From: Octopus vulgaris
Lineage: Eukaryota
Reading direction: 5' to 3'
Assembly (NCBI GenBank): GCA_951406725.2
Contig: OX597820.1
Coordinates: 90,334,001 to 90,398,000, forward strand
DNA length: 64,000 nucleotides
Under the pieces are notes generated by a model that was not told the origin of the DNA, did no database searches, and saw only the letters and a program-made list of their open reading frames with translations. The position numbers and the translations under genes are program-made. Below are positions 52,489-64,000 of the stretch, one piece after another. How positions within the stretch are numbered: position 1 is the first letter of the stretch; every line of letters starts with the position of its first letter.

Positions 52489-53547
52489 GTATATATATAT
52501 TTGTTACTATTATGCTCAACACTGCGTGAATCACAAGGCCGGCTGAAATATATTTAAATGATAGAAAAGCTGACAGTGACATTAATATTTAGAATGTATA
52601 CATATTATTTCCGCGATCCTACAACCTCGAGTCTGCTGCCCTAACCACTGGGCCATTGCACATCCACCATATATATGTGTCTATATATATACACGCACAT
52701 ATATGTACCTATGTATACATGCACGAGTACACACATACAGACATATATATGTATATAATATTCTGATGAATCATTAACAATTTTAAGCTGAAATAAATAC
52801 TTAATTTAGACATAAATATAAATCTGTGACTAAATGGATTTCGTCCATTTTAATTTGGGAGGAAATCTCTAATGTTCAATCAATGGCGTATAAATTGCCT
52901 GTGACTTGATGAAGTTTTACTCACGGAATGATTAGGCAAAGTAGAATTTTATATATACCTATCAGTTTGTGTGTGTGTGTGTGTGCGTGCGCGCGCGTGT
53001 GTATGTGTGTGTGTGTGTGTTGAGACGGTGCAATAAATTTGTCAACAGAAGTGATACAATTAGCTAGTCATAGTAAGAATTTTGTGAGAGTCTTTCAGGT
53101 TAAAATAAGTACTGATTACTTGTATATACGCTACAAAATCTGAGCAACTTTTCCTCTACCCATCTCTTACCATAGACGTGGAAATTCCTTGAAGTAAACG
53201 TCTGACGCTTAAAGAAATTAAAAACTATATTGCATTCTTTCATGTGTTATTCCTGGAAGAAAATAAGTGCGATGCGGACGTTAGTGAAACTTGACCTTTC
53301 AAAGAGTGCATTATAATTGATTTCAAGTTATGGCTCAAGGACAGCAATTACTGGCGATGGGTTTAGTCGATGAGATCAAGCCCAGTGTTCAACTAGTATT
53401 CATTTTATAGATCCGGAAGGCTGAACGTACAATCAATCTAGGCGGTATTTGAACTCAGAACGTGAAAACTCAGCATTTTGCTAGGTGAATTCAACGATTC
53501 AGTCCGATCGTCGTCTCAGTAGAGTAATTATCATTACTTCTAAAATA

Positions 53548-53707
53548 GGCGCAAGCATGGGTGTGTCGTAAGACGTTTGCTTTCCCGCCACAAGTTTCTA
53601 TGTTCAGTCTCACCGTGTGGCGTCTTCGGCAAGTGACATCTAATATAGGCCCATGCAGACTAAAACTTACGGGTTGATCTGAAAGACATAAACCATAAGA
53701 AGCTTCT

Positions 53708-53744
<37 letters not shown>

Positions 53745-53981
53745 TTATGTGTAATTGCGTGAATGTGTCTGTGTATGAGTATCTATATGTGTGTACCTTT
53801 TTATTTGTCATCTACCACTGTTTAACAACGTTCTTTGGTTTACTTCTGCCCTCTTAACTTAACGGTTTGCCATAAGAGACCAATAGATTAAGTTCCAAGC
53901 TTAAAAAGTGTATTCAATTGACTAAAACCCTACAAGGTGTTGTCTATGCATGGCTGTAGTCCAATGACTGAAACAAGTAAA
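53548..53981 (+). mobile_element. SINE family A, degenerate
   Basis: Head, TA core and gactgaaacaagtaaa tail are recognisable. Confidence 0.7.
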
Positions 53982-54583
53982 CGATGAAAAAAAAATTAAG
54001 CAGAAAAATGAATAACGAAGTTACCCCGAGCGGGATGTAAGCGTAGACATTAAAATAAGAAACCATAATGAAATTACGCAAGGTATAACGAATGTAAAAT
54101 AACGTATACGGTTTGCCTTCCGAAGGTGGTGTGCATGTCAGTGTTGTTGTTTTATTCATTATTGTTGACTCCATTTCCAATCGTTGATATTCGAGCTGTT
54201 TTTTGAAAATATGAGTGTTTTCATTTTTTAAGTTCAAAATTAATAGTTTTCTATGCAATTAAATCATTTTTGGTATATATGTATATATATATTGTAATTT
54301 GTGAATAGCGTTCCTTTTGAATTTTCGTCTTTAAGCCTCGTTCGATATTTTTGTATTCAATTCTTCTCTGTGTACGCAGCGTGAAGCGAAAAACAAATTT
54401 GCTCAAAGCTATAATCCCAAACCTTATTTTTTCCTTTGTCTAAGCCATATAGGATTGACAAAAGGCGAATATCTCCAAGCTTTCTTAAGCTATCAGTGTG
54501 AGCGTAATTTAATAAAAAAAAATGCCTATTTCATGTAGTTGCTATATTTTCTTTAGAAGTGAAACTTGAAAGATTCAAAAGCA

Positions 54584-54611
54584 AATAATAATGATGATGA
54601 TGATGATGATG

Positions 54612-54686
<75 letters not shown>
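54584..54686. repeat. (AAT)n/(GAT)n microsatellite
   Basis: Read directly. Confidence 0.98.
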
Positions 54687-56347
54687 CTTTCTTTATAAAC
54701 AATTAGGGTTTTACAGAAATATCGAGGAGGATATATGAAGGTACTATTCAATATAGTGAAACACAAAATCATGTAGACAGGAACATAACAGGAACATAGA
54801 AACACAAAGGTGAAAAAAGAAATAATTACGCTGTATGGAGATGTCCGAGGGCTGCTTGTATAAACCCCAGAAAACCGCGGTTAACATGACCATTCTGCAA
54901 AGTGGTCTCTCATTATTCACTCTCGTGAATCTATTGTGGTATAGACAGAACAAAGCTCGTTCTCTTGGACCTTCAATGCCATACTCATCAAACCCCCAAC
55001 AAATTTACTGGAAGGCAGCACTTCATTCTCCACTTTCACTTTCCTTCACAAATAAAACTTGAAAACGTTGATGTAGTCTTAGCCAATAAATGTGTTTGTC
55101 ATAACGGTATCAGACTGTACCACCACACCACACGTTTCGCGAAAACAACCAAATAAATACTGCCTAATCAACCCGGATAAATGAAGGCGGCGAGACGGTC
55201 TTCACAATAATCTTAGCGAGGCTTTCTTCATAGTGAACTTAGTTCATAGTTGGATCAATTGACAAATCACCAAAGTTCGATTACCAGAATATGCATGCAG
55301 AGCCGTCTGGTTACTCTATGTCAAACTAGAACAGTCACTACTGACGGCACTTCTATGCCGTTAAGCTTCAACCTAACAAAACCTCCCGGTAGCACTGTTA
55401 CTCCAGTAGTTTCTGGAAGTAACCGATGGACTCAGCTGCGATAGTCATCCGGAACAGATTACCAGTTTTTCGATGACTCCCAGTTTATAAACGAGAACAT
55501 CGTTCCTGTTGCACACCACTACAAGACTATAAGACACCAATGCGGAATTTTCAGCGCCTGCATTACCCGACTGATAGATATTTGCAATTGCCTGACGAAA
55601 TTCTATGTGTCGGGCGCACTGCATCTTGGTACGTTTGTTACAAGACTACAGTGCTGCCAAGGAGATGACCTTAGGAAAAGCGAATCTGAACGCACCCGCT
55701 CGCCGATAAGAAAGCCTCGTAGAGTATGTTATCGAACCATCCAGCAACATTCGTCACTTCTTTTTTCCGGCTGTTTTCGGATTTTCTCGATACTCATAGT
55801 CACTTGGTAAGAATTATGACTTCAGTGTAGGTATTAAAATTCTATCTAGCGCTTTAGCCCGCCCAAGTTTCGAAGAATGTGGAAATTGCAGTATAAAAGC
55901 TATAACACTTTTCGAGGGAATATGCGCTGATTTTGGTTCTGCAGAGACAAAATTGTGTGTTTGTTGTCAAGCAGCGTCTCCATTGTCCCAATGTATCGAA
56001 CAACTTTCATCATCATGTGTCGTAGAATAGGTGTCATGGTCCTGACAAGGCAGCCTTTGTGTTTCATGATCAAGAATCGGTCGAGGGCTAATTTGTCCGC
56101 GGGAATATCTTCGGCGATGTAATTCGTAAGTACATCTTCTGAGTTTTTAACGAAGTCTCTCTCTATTTTAGCTTTCTCTATCGCTGTGATCTTACTGAAC
56201 TATATCGATTCTACTCTAAGTACCCTTTTCAGAGTAAACCACTGTTTGCTGTTAACGATTACTCTCCGTCAGCGTTCGCTTACATAATTTCTTAATCCAG
56301 TCCGTTCAGAACGACGCTTCATTTTCGAGTAACTAGAACCCTTCATA

Positions 56348-56417
56348 CAAAGCCTATCCAGCTAGACCATACATATTACAAATTAGTAATCTGTATGGTC
56401 TAGCTAGATAGGCTTTG
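56348..56417. repeat. 32-bp-arm palindrome, 6-nt loop, 2 mismatches
   Basis: caaagcctatccagctagaccatacatattac-aaatta-gtaatctgtatggtctagctagataggctttg. Confidence 0.9.
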
Positions 56418-56478
56418 CTAAGGAAATACGAACAAGTCGTGCTTTCCTTATTCACTGGTCAATAGGATTCTCTATCTA

Positions 56479-57769
56479 CGAGGGACGTTCAATATGTAAT
56501 GCCTCTGATCCACTTGCAGTTGTTTGATCTAGCTGAAATTTTGCATGTGCAATCATTTATATCTCTATAGAGTAAGTGGCAAATTACAGCTCTGAATTAA
56601 TTGTGGTTTCTGATTTACAGGTGTTTGAACCGAGTCAAGAGTGAAATGGAGCCTGTTGAGTGTCGAGCAGTGATCCGGTTTTTGTATTTGAAAGGACGCA
56701 CACCACGGGAGTCTTTTGATGAAATGAAAGTAACTTATGGTGATGATGCCCCATCATATGACCTTGTAAAACGCTGGCATCGTGAATTCAAACATGGTCG
56801 GAACTCTGTGGAAACAGCTCCCAGATCTGGTCGCCCCCTTCTGCCATTAATGAGGCATCTGTCCGTCAAGTTGAGGCTGCCATTTTGGAAAATCGACGCA
56901 TAATTATTCGCCAAATAGCCCATGAGGTCAAGATTAGTACCGGGTCTGTGGAAACTATCATTCATGACCATTTGCATATGCAAAAGGTGTCTGCCAGATT
57001 GATTTCCAGGTTGCTCACACCTTTCCAGAAGCAAGAACGCGTCGAGTGCTCGAGGGTGAATTTGGAGATGTGCCAAGAAGATGAGTCAAAATTTTTCAAA
57101 AGACTGATTACACAGGATGAAACCTGGGTCCATCACGATGATCCAGAAACCAAATCCCAGTCAATGCAGTGGAAGCACCGTGACTCACCCCCTCCAAAGT
57201 AGGCAAGGGTGCAGCCCTCCGCTGGCAAGGTCATGCTCACAGTCTTCTGGGACCAGGACGGAGTAGTGATGACAGATTTCCTGGCAAAGGGTACCACAAT
57301 TGCAGGAGCCTATTATGCTTCACTTTTGAGGAAATTAAGAGAAGTTATCAAAGTCAAGAGGCGGGGCAAGATCAGCAAAGGCATCCTCCTCCTGCAGGAC
57401 AACGCTCCGGTCCACAACTCGCTTGTCGCCAGATCAGAAGCACATGCATATGGCTATGAACTCCTCCCCATCCCCCCTACTTTCCTGACCTTGCACCCTC
57501 TGATTTTCACCTCTTCCCAATCATGAAGTTGTTTTTGAAAGGAAAGCGTTTCCCAGATGATGCAGCCTTGATTTCTGAAGTCACGTTGAGGTTGGAGGAC
57601 CAAGCTGGGTTCTTCTACAAAAACGGTCTCCAGAGCCGCATCAAACGATGGGAGAAATGCGTAACTCTGGGTGGTTCCTATGTAAAAAAAGACTAATAAC
57701 TGTGCCAAGTTTCGTTGCTCTACTGCTATGGGAAGTGGATCAGCGGCATTACTTATTGAATGCCCCTCG
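56479..57769 (+). mobile_element. Full-length mariner (DD34D, irritans/Himar1-like), transposase inactivated
   Basis: TIRs cgagggacgttcaatatgtaatgcctctgatccactt and aagtggatcagcggcattacttattgaatgcccctcg; TA TSD. Motifs ITQDETWVHH, LQDNAPVH, PYFPDLAPSDFHLF. Frameshifts at ~56840 and ~57470, stop at 57200. Confidence 0.93.
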
Positions 57770-58562
57770 TAAATACGATCTGTACCCAATATGATTTGTC
57801 CGTCACTACATTGATATATTCTGGAAAAGTCTAAGTAACTTAGCAAGACTTTTGCACCAGCCTGTCTTATCAGCTAGCCTCATACAGTCTCAACGAGCCC
57901 TCTGCTATCTTAGAAGCACCAAAAAATGAGATGTTCCTAAACAAATCTCCGGATGCCAGAAGAAATTTTGTTCCCCGTATGACGAGGCAATACAAAGCAA
58001 TTAGACTGAAGACATCCTCTTCACTAATTTACATATCTAGGTCCATCAACTTACCTTCTGCATCCAACAGAATCACTCGTATTGGGAGATCCAGACATTT
58101 CCAGCTTTACCTTAGCAACTACTCCTTCCAATCCAATCGACTGTGAGATGTGTACATCGCGTATCTACGTACAAGAACAAAGTTGGTTCCTATTGGTGCG
58201 GTGCTGATGCTGATTGTGTGGCTAGAATTGTTGCTATTATAGTGTTGAGTCGGCACAAGAGACAACCTTCCGTCTTTCCTTCTTATTCGTGGACAAAAAC
58301 ACACTAGTGGCACATTTCGTTAGCAATGGTCATATGCAATTTTGTGGCGTCTCATGCTTCCATACTTGCTTGGTCAGTATGTATCAACAGCTTCAACCCT
58401 TGGTTCCACCAATTTTGTTTCTTCTATTCCTGGGCCTGCACATTATTAATTTTCTTAATCACTGGTTAAGAGCGGGGGCTACTAACCCCAAGATTCCGAG
58501 TTCAATTCCAAGCAGTGACCTGAATAATAATAATAAACGATTCTGCCAGCTCGCCTCCTTAA

Positions 58563-58563
58563 C

Positions 58564-58643
<80 letters not shown>
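58563..58643. repeat. (AAT)n microsatellite
   Basis: Read directly. Confidence 0.98.
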
Positions 58644-58646
<3 letters not shown>

Positions 58647-58689
58647 ATAAAAAGTTTTGAATGGTACAACAATGCACTATAATACAAAC

Positions 58690-60690
58690 AATGGACTATA
58701 TACCTGTTGTAATTTAATCATCGAGAGTCTGATATGATATTTCGGAATAATATTCCTTCTTCAGGTATTCTTAGATGGAGTCGCTGCTATAATCGATTTT
58801 CCAACGGCTTTTCCTCTTTATTATTTTTTGAAGCGTCTCAGCAGTGGTCTCACGAAGCTCCTTCTGGAATTCCACATGAGAATTGCGTGAGGTCGGCCAT
58901 GTCTCAATCTCGTGTGTACTGGTACATCCGTAGCGCTGCTTCTAAGTTACGTATTATACGTGCAGTTTCCTTTTTTCCTTTTTATTTTTCTCTTCTCTTT
59001 TTTTTGTTTAAACTACAGATGAGCATATTATCAAAAATGTACCTACATGTATCCAGATGTAGCTAAATAATATATTCATTACCAACCTCCAGCCTGTTGC
59101 TATTTGGAACCCTAGTCTGTGTATGAGTATAGCTTCCTTAATTCTTAAATTACCCAAATTTCTTTCATTGGTCTCAATTGTGTCTATTATGCTTTTGTCA
59201 GTGTTCCGGCATCTCGGGTTCATATGTTCTTTGATGTGCACGTGTAACGGTCTTGTTGTGCTACCCACATAGAACTTATTGCATTTGTTACATTGTATTT
59301 TATGCACAATATTTACCCGTTGGCTTAAATCTGTCACGGACGGGACAGTTTGTTAGTGTACATTGGTTTTGTCCCTTGTTCGTTTCTTTGCGAGGTACCT
59401 TCTCGAAAGGGGCCGGGGTGGGCTAGTTGTATGTCGAGCCCTTCTCTTCTTATGGCTCTTCGAATGGATGTAGATATTCTCTCGCTAAAATAGGGTATTT
59501 TAAGGAAGCATGTGTAGCTGGGTTTTATTTGTTCAGCGTGTTGGTCGTCTTGGGCACTTAAGCCGATTTACAATGGATCTTGGATACCCGTTGTTTTTAA
59601 ATATATCTAGGAAGCGTGTAGTGTGGGTCACCTTGTCCTCTGTTCTACTGCACTTACCCTGGATGCATGCAAGTTCAGTTCTGGCGTAACCTATTCTGGC
59701 ACCAAGTGGAAGTGCTGAATTGAATTGGACAAACATATCTCTACTGGCTGCTTTTCTGTAGAATTCAGTGTGGATCTCCCTTTCTTCCGTTATATTCAGT
59801 TTGAAGTCAAGTACTGATAGCGATCCAGTGATGTCGGGCTGTTCTATAGTGAACTTTATGCTAATGTCCATGTTGTTGAACGTCGTGAATATTATGTCAG
59901 CCTATTCACGGGAGGATGTGTGTATGAAGATGCCATGTACGTATCTGGTAAAGAAGGCGCATGGGTGGCAGATGGTGAGTGCTCGACTTTCCACATGTTC
60001 ATATAAGTGATGGCTAGTAGGCCAGAGAGACTGGATCACATGGGGATACCTGTTGTCTGCTTGTATTTGTGGTCCTTGAAAGAGAAGTAGGTGTTGTCCA
60101 CGATGATGGACAAAAGTTGATGAATATCGTCTGCAGTAAGTCCGAAACATTGGATGTCGGAAATTATTATGCAGTCAGTCAATAGGTTGACCGCCGAGTG
60201 TGCTGGCACCGTTGTGTACATTGAGACAACGTGAAGACTAAAGGCATATCTGTTTTGCCTGAGTTGGTCTAGGGGCAATTGGTGCCGTCTTTTGATGACT
60301 TCGTCGGAGTTTTTGACGCGTGCAGGAAATGTGGAGAGTATGGGTTTCAGGATGTGAGAAAGTAACAAGGATATTTTATATAGAGTGCCTTCCATGCTGG
60401 AGACGATGGGTATAATCTGGATCGTGTTGCGCTTCTTGTGTGTTTTAATGAGGTGGTAAAATCTGGGTAACCTACTGTTCTTTGTGATGAAGTTGTTCTT
60501 CAAATTATTAAGTATTTGTCTCCGTCTACAGATGTCCGTCCATGCGGTGTTAATTCGGTCCTCAGTCCTGGTCACAGTTATATCTGTCACTTCAGAATAT
60601 AGCCTGTCATTGCTTAAATGTTCTAGTGCCAGTCTATCATATATTTCACAAGAAATCACGCAGATTTCTTTTCCTTTATTTGATGGTAAG
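58690..60690 (-). pseudogene. Decayed Penelope-like element (RT + GIY-YIG) of a different family
   Basis: PSNKG, LPRFYHLIKTHK, SLHVVSMYTTVP, YKQTTGIPM*, FFTRYVHG, IKFTIE, SVLDF, EFYRK, NGYP, IVHKIQCNKCNKFYVGSTTRPLHVHIKEH, IKEAILI; stops and frameshifts. Confidence 0.85.
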
Positions 60691-60699
60691 TATACAATA

Positions 60700-62530
60700 A
60701 GTGAATGACTCACGGAAGGGAAAACTATCCTAATTCCCCAATTCCCTGAACGGCAAATCCACAAAACTACAGACAGGTAACTTGTCTCTCTAAAATTTGC
60801 AAAGCCTTTTCTGCAATAATATCGAATTTAGGCAAACAGCTGGAAGAAAACAAGCTGTTCCCAAAAGAGAAAAAGGGATGCTGCAAGTGCTTATACGGCT
60901 ATAAAGATCAGCTACTGATCAATAAATCCATAACTGAAGACAGCAGTAGAAAGTCGAAGAGTCTATGTATGGCATGAATCCTAGAAACACTAGCCATGAA
61001 CACAGTAGCAGAAATAATCATGAAATATATAAAATATTCAATGAATAAATGGTTAACAGTGCTACAGCTCCAGACAAAAGAAAGTTACATAAAAACGAAG
61101 GCCATCCTCTTTAGAAGCGGAAAATTCCAAGGAGACATACTTTCTCCATTCATTTTCAGCATGACACTGAAACCCTTATCTGACATGCTAAACATAACTC
61201 GATGTGGATATAACTGTTACGACAAAACAATCAGCCGTCGGCTGTATATGGATGATCTAAAACTGTACGCTGCAAATGATAAACAGCTGAAAACATTATT
61301 ACAGATAGTACATGGATATACCAAAGAAATAAACATGAAATTTGGCTCAGAAAAATGTGTCATAGCAACCTTGAAAAGAGGAAAACTAGTTATGCGTAGC
61401 AACATCACACTAGATAAAACAAATGAGATAAGAAGAATTTGACCAAAGCCAGACATACAAATACTTAGGAATCAATGAACTAGATACAACAGACAAAAAT
61501 GAGAGAAAAGATAAAAATGAATACTATAGACGAGTTAGATTGATATTGAAAACAGAGCTGAATACGAAAAACAAGACAATATGTATCAGCACTCTAGCCG
61601 TCCCAGTTATAAGTTACTGCTACAATATTCTTGACAGGACTCTAAATGACCTAATCAAAGTAGACAAGAAAACAAAATTGCAGGATTTAGGATGCATCAC
61701 TCAAAATCTGATATAGAAAGGCTATACATACAACGTGTATGGTAGGGGCCTTATGCAGCAAGAAATCTATTACAAAATAACCACCTCATTACTAAAGAAA
61801 TACATTACCTATTTCTGAAGCAACGTAAACTAATACAAATAGCCACAAAACAGGAACAAAATAAAAAAAAATTGTTTTCAGTCTTTAAGGAAGCTAACAA
61901 TTATAAAAAAAAAATAAGTCATAATACCTAATATTAACGAGAGAAAAGAAGAAACAAGAAAATATGTAAAGCAACTGAAAAACAAACTAAAACTGGAACA
62001 GCAACGTATCATGATAAAATGATGGCTAGAAAAGCCCGTTCATAGCAAATATTAGATTAAGCTAAACAGAAAACAAATAGAGAAAGCGACATCTCAACAA
62101 TGGCTGAGAAGCTCAAGACTCAAAGTAGAGAGTGAAGGATTATTAATTGCAGCTCAAGATGGAAGCCTTCCAGCCAGTAATCACCAAAAACAATACAAGT
62201 AACAGCAGGAATATAAGTAACGGCAGACTATGTGATAATGGAGGAGAAACAATAAATGATATAGTCTCTGGCTGCCAAGTCTAGTCTAAGAAGGCATATA
62301 TGCACAGACACGACAGAGTTGGGATCAATATACACTGGAATCTATGCCGACACTATGGAATAACAACAGACAAAAGATGGTATAGGCACACCCCAGAAAA
62401 GGTTACAAAAAATGGGAAATAGAATATGGCAATACACACGGATAGAGAAATTAAGTCCAATAGGTCGGATATGGTTGTCAGAGATCACCAAGAAGACAGA
62501 AATGATTTCTAATCGATGTATCATATGCAT
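60700..62530 (+). pseudogene. Decayed R4/Dong-like (RLE-type) non-LTR retrotransposon RT region
   Basis: TEGKTILIP, NYRQVTCL, YKDQLLIN, GKFQGDILSPFIF, LYMDDLKLYA, MKFGSEKC, YKYLGI, IAAQD, RLC..ETI..IVSGC, RHD, DMVV..LID. Confidence 0.85.
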
Positions 62531-62539
62531 CATATTACA

Positions 62540-63182
62540 AGCCAATGTACGTCACTAACACAGAAAGAATATGAGACATCGTGACAACATAGCAAGGATT
62601 CTCCAATGGACACTTTGCAACAAGGATGGACTTAACAGAGCAAAATGTGATAAAAACATAAACCCAAAGTCATCATTGAAAATGATAATGCAAAGATCCT
62701 ATATGATTTTATGATTCAGTGCGACCATGAGATAGAGTATATGAAACCAGTGATTGAGAAAGAAATCAAATAATGTTGAATCATAGGTGTAGCATGCCCA
62801 GCTGATAACAAGGTATGAGGTAAAGAAGAAAGAAAAGTCGATAGATATGACAGGTTAGCTTGCGAAGTTAAGCAGTTGTGGTCACTGAAAATGTGGCAGT
62901 AATACCTATAATTGTCGGAGCCCTGGAAACATTGAGTAAAATCTTAAATGGACATATAACAAATAGGTGCTGTAATAAGTGTGGAGTACTTGCAGAAAAC
63001 AGCACTGCTTGGAACCGCTCGAATACGCCGAATGGTGCTCGAGTTGTTACCTGAGTTCACTGGTAGTTGTTACCTGAGTTCACTGGTAGTGAAATAAGAG
63101 TTGTTACCTGAGTTCACTGGTAGTGAACAGCTGACACCGTAGTACATCTCCAGTGTTAGAAGCTATGCGAATACAATAATAC

Positions 63183-63230
<48 letters not shown>
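62540..63230 (+). mobile_element. 3' end of a second R4/Dong-like element with (TAA)n tail
   Basis: VIENDNAKILYDFMIQCDHEI, IIGVACPAD, KEERKVDRY, VIPIIVGAL, LQKTALLGTARI, then (TAA)n. Confidence 0.75.
63041..63127 (+). repeat. Three local copies of agttgttacctgagttcactggt
   Basis: Seen directly at the end of the LINE ORF remnant. Confidence 0.9.
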
Positions 63231-63231
<1 letters not shown>

Positions 63232-64000
63232 TTCTAATATTAGGCGAATACGAAATATTGAATAAGATTTAGTTCTGAATGAAAGGAAATGATTAAGCAT
63301 ATAAGCCACTGGCTGTACAATATTGTTTAAACTGCCAAAACAAAACCATATTGTTCATATTTTCCAAATATATCATTAATTGATAGGGAAAGGATTTGAA
63401 GACAAAATACAAAATAATAAAAAAAGGGAAAACATATATAATAAATTGAATTATACAATATATAATGTAATACGGGGAGATGTATTATAAATTAAACACG
63501 TTAGCAACATCGTTAACAACACATAGAGATTAAACGCCCACTGAATGAAAGACGTATGAATAAAGCTGCGTCACTGCATGCATATATAGTGTATGGTCGA
63601 GAGATGTCAGCAGCGATAATGCTTCAGTCAAAAGGATTGTCATTAACAATGGGAAAGCAATCTCATTCTTGTTGAAGGGTGTAAATGGAATAGGTTAGTT
63701 ATGTAAATACGTTTATAAAACCCTTTATGATCTCATGTAAAATGTGCTCTTCCGTGCACTGCACCAAAGGAAGCAAAAAGTAATGTGGTCATGGGTGGAA
63801 ATTTTCTGCACATAGATCGTCTCAGTTTGACCTGCAATTAATAGCAGCAACATTATTAGCTACAGTAGTATAAAAAGATGAGCGGAAAAAATATGATGAA
63901 TCATTCTCCGCAAGCTTTGAACGCAACAAATATACACTTCACCTTGATACCCTAAATTCCATTCTTGTTAGTGGGTGAATATTCCGCAGAAACTTCTTAA

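Larger units (their letters stand above)
54690..58400 (-). mobile_element. Decayed L1/Tx1-like LINE, interrupted by the mariner at 56479-57769
   Basis: Minus-strand remnants: APE-like segment at 58300-57772, QWFTLKRVLRVESI*FS..EKAKIERD after the EN, Cys-rich remnant at ~55620, FKFYL*RKVKVE C-terminus, ending in (ATT)n. Highly degenerate. Confidence 0.55.

Noticed and set aside
63041-63127. CRISPR-like repeats (also 9524-9613)
   Set aside because: Only 2-3 adjacent copies, no unique regular spacers, no cas genes, eukaryotic context.

Overview
AT-rich, microsatellite-dense eukaryotic DNA made almost entirely of transposable elements. The tRNA-derived SINE families look like those of octopus/coleoid cephalopods (inference from recognition, not a search). 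No host protein-coding gene can be confidently called. The main feature is an apparently young, intact 4.9-kb Penelope-like retroelement (PLE) at 30338-35233 on the minus strand, inserted in a (TA)n array. It has two ~631-bp direct repeats (pseudo-LTRs) that look identical by eye, each with a minimal type I hammerhead ribozyme. It encodes a 428-aa coiled-coil/basic ORF1, followed by an RT + Cys-linker + GIY-YIG pol frame. The pol frame has no ATG before its conserved N-terminus and overlaps ORF1 in the -1 frame across a U_UUU_UUU slippery heptamer, suggesting a gag-pol-like -1 ribosomal frameshift (~1173-aa fusion). Around it are several more hammerhead-bearing PLE termini lodged in (TA)n arrays, two decayed PLEs, four Tc1/mariner relics, L1/Tx1-, RTE- and R4/Dong-like LINE remnants, many SINEs (some nested) and several near-perfect foldback palindromes. 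Boundaries of decayed elements were read by eye and are approximate.
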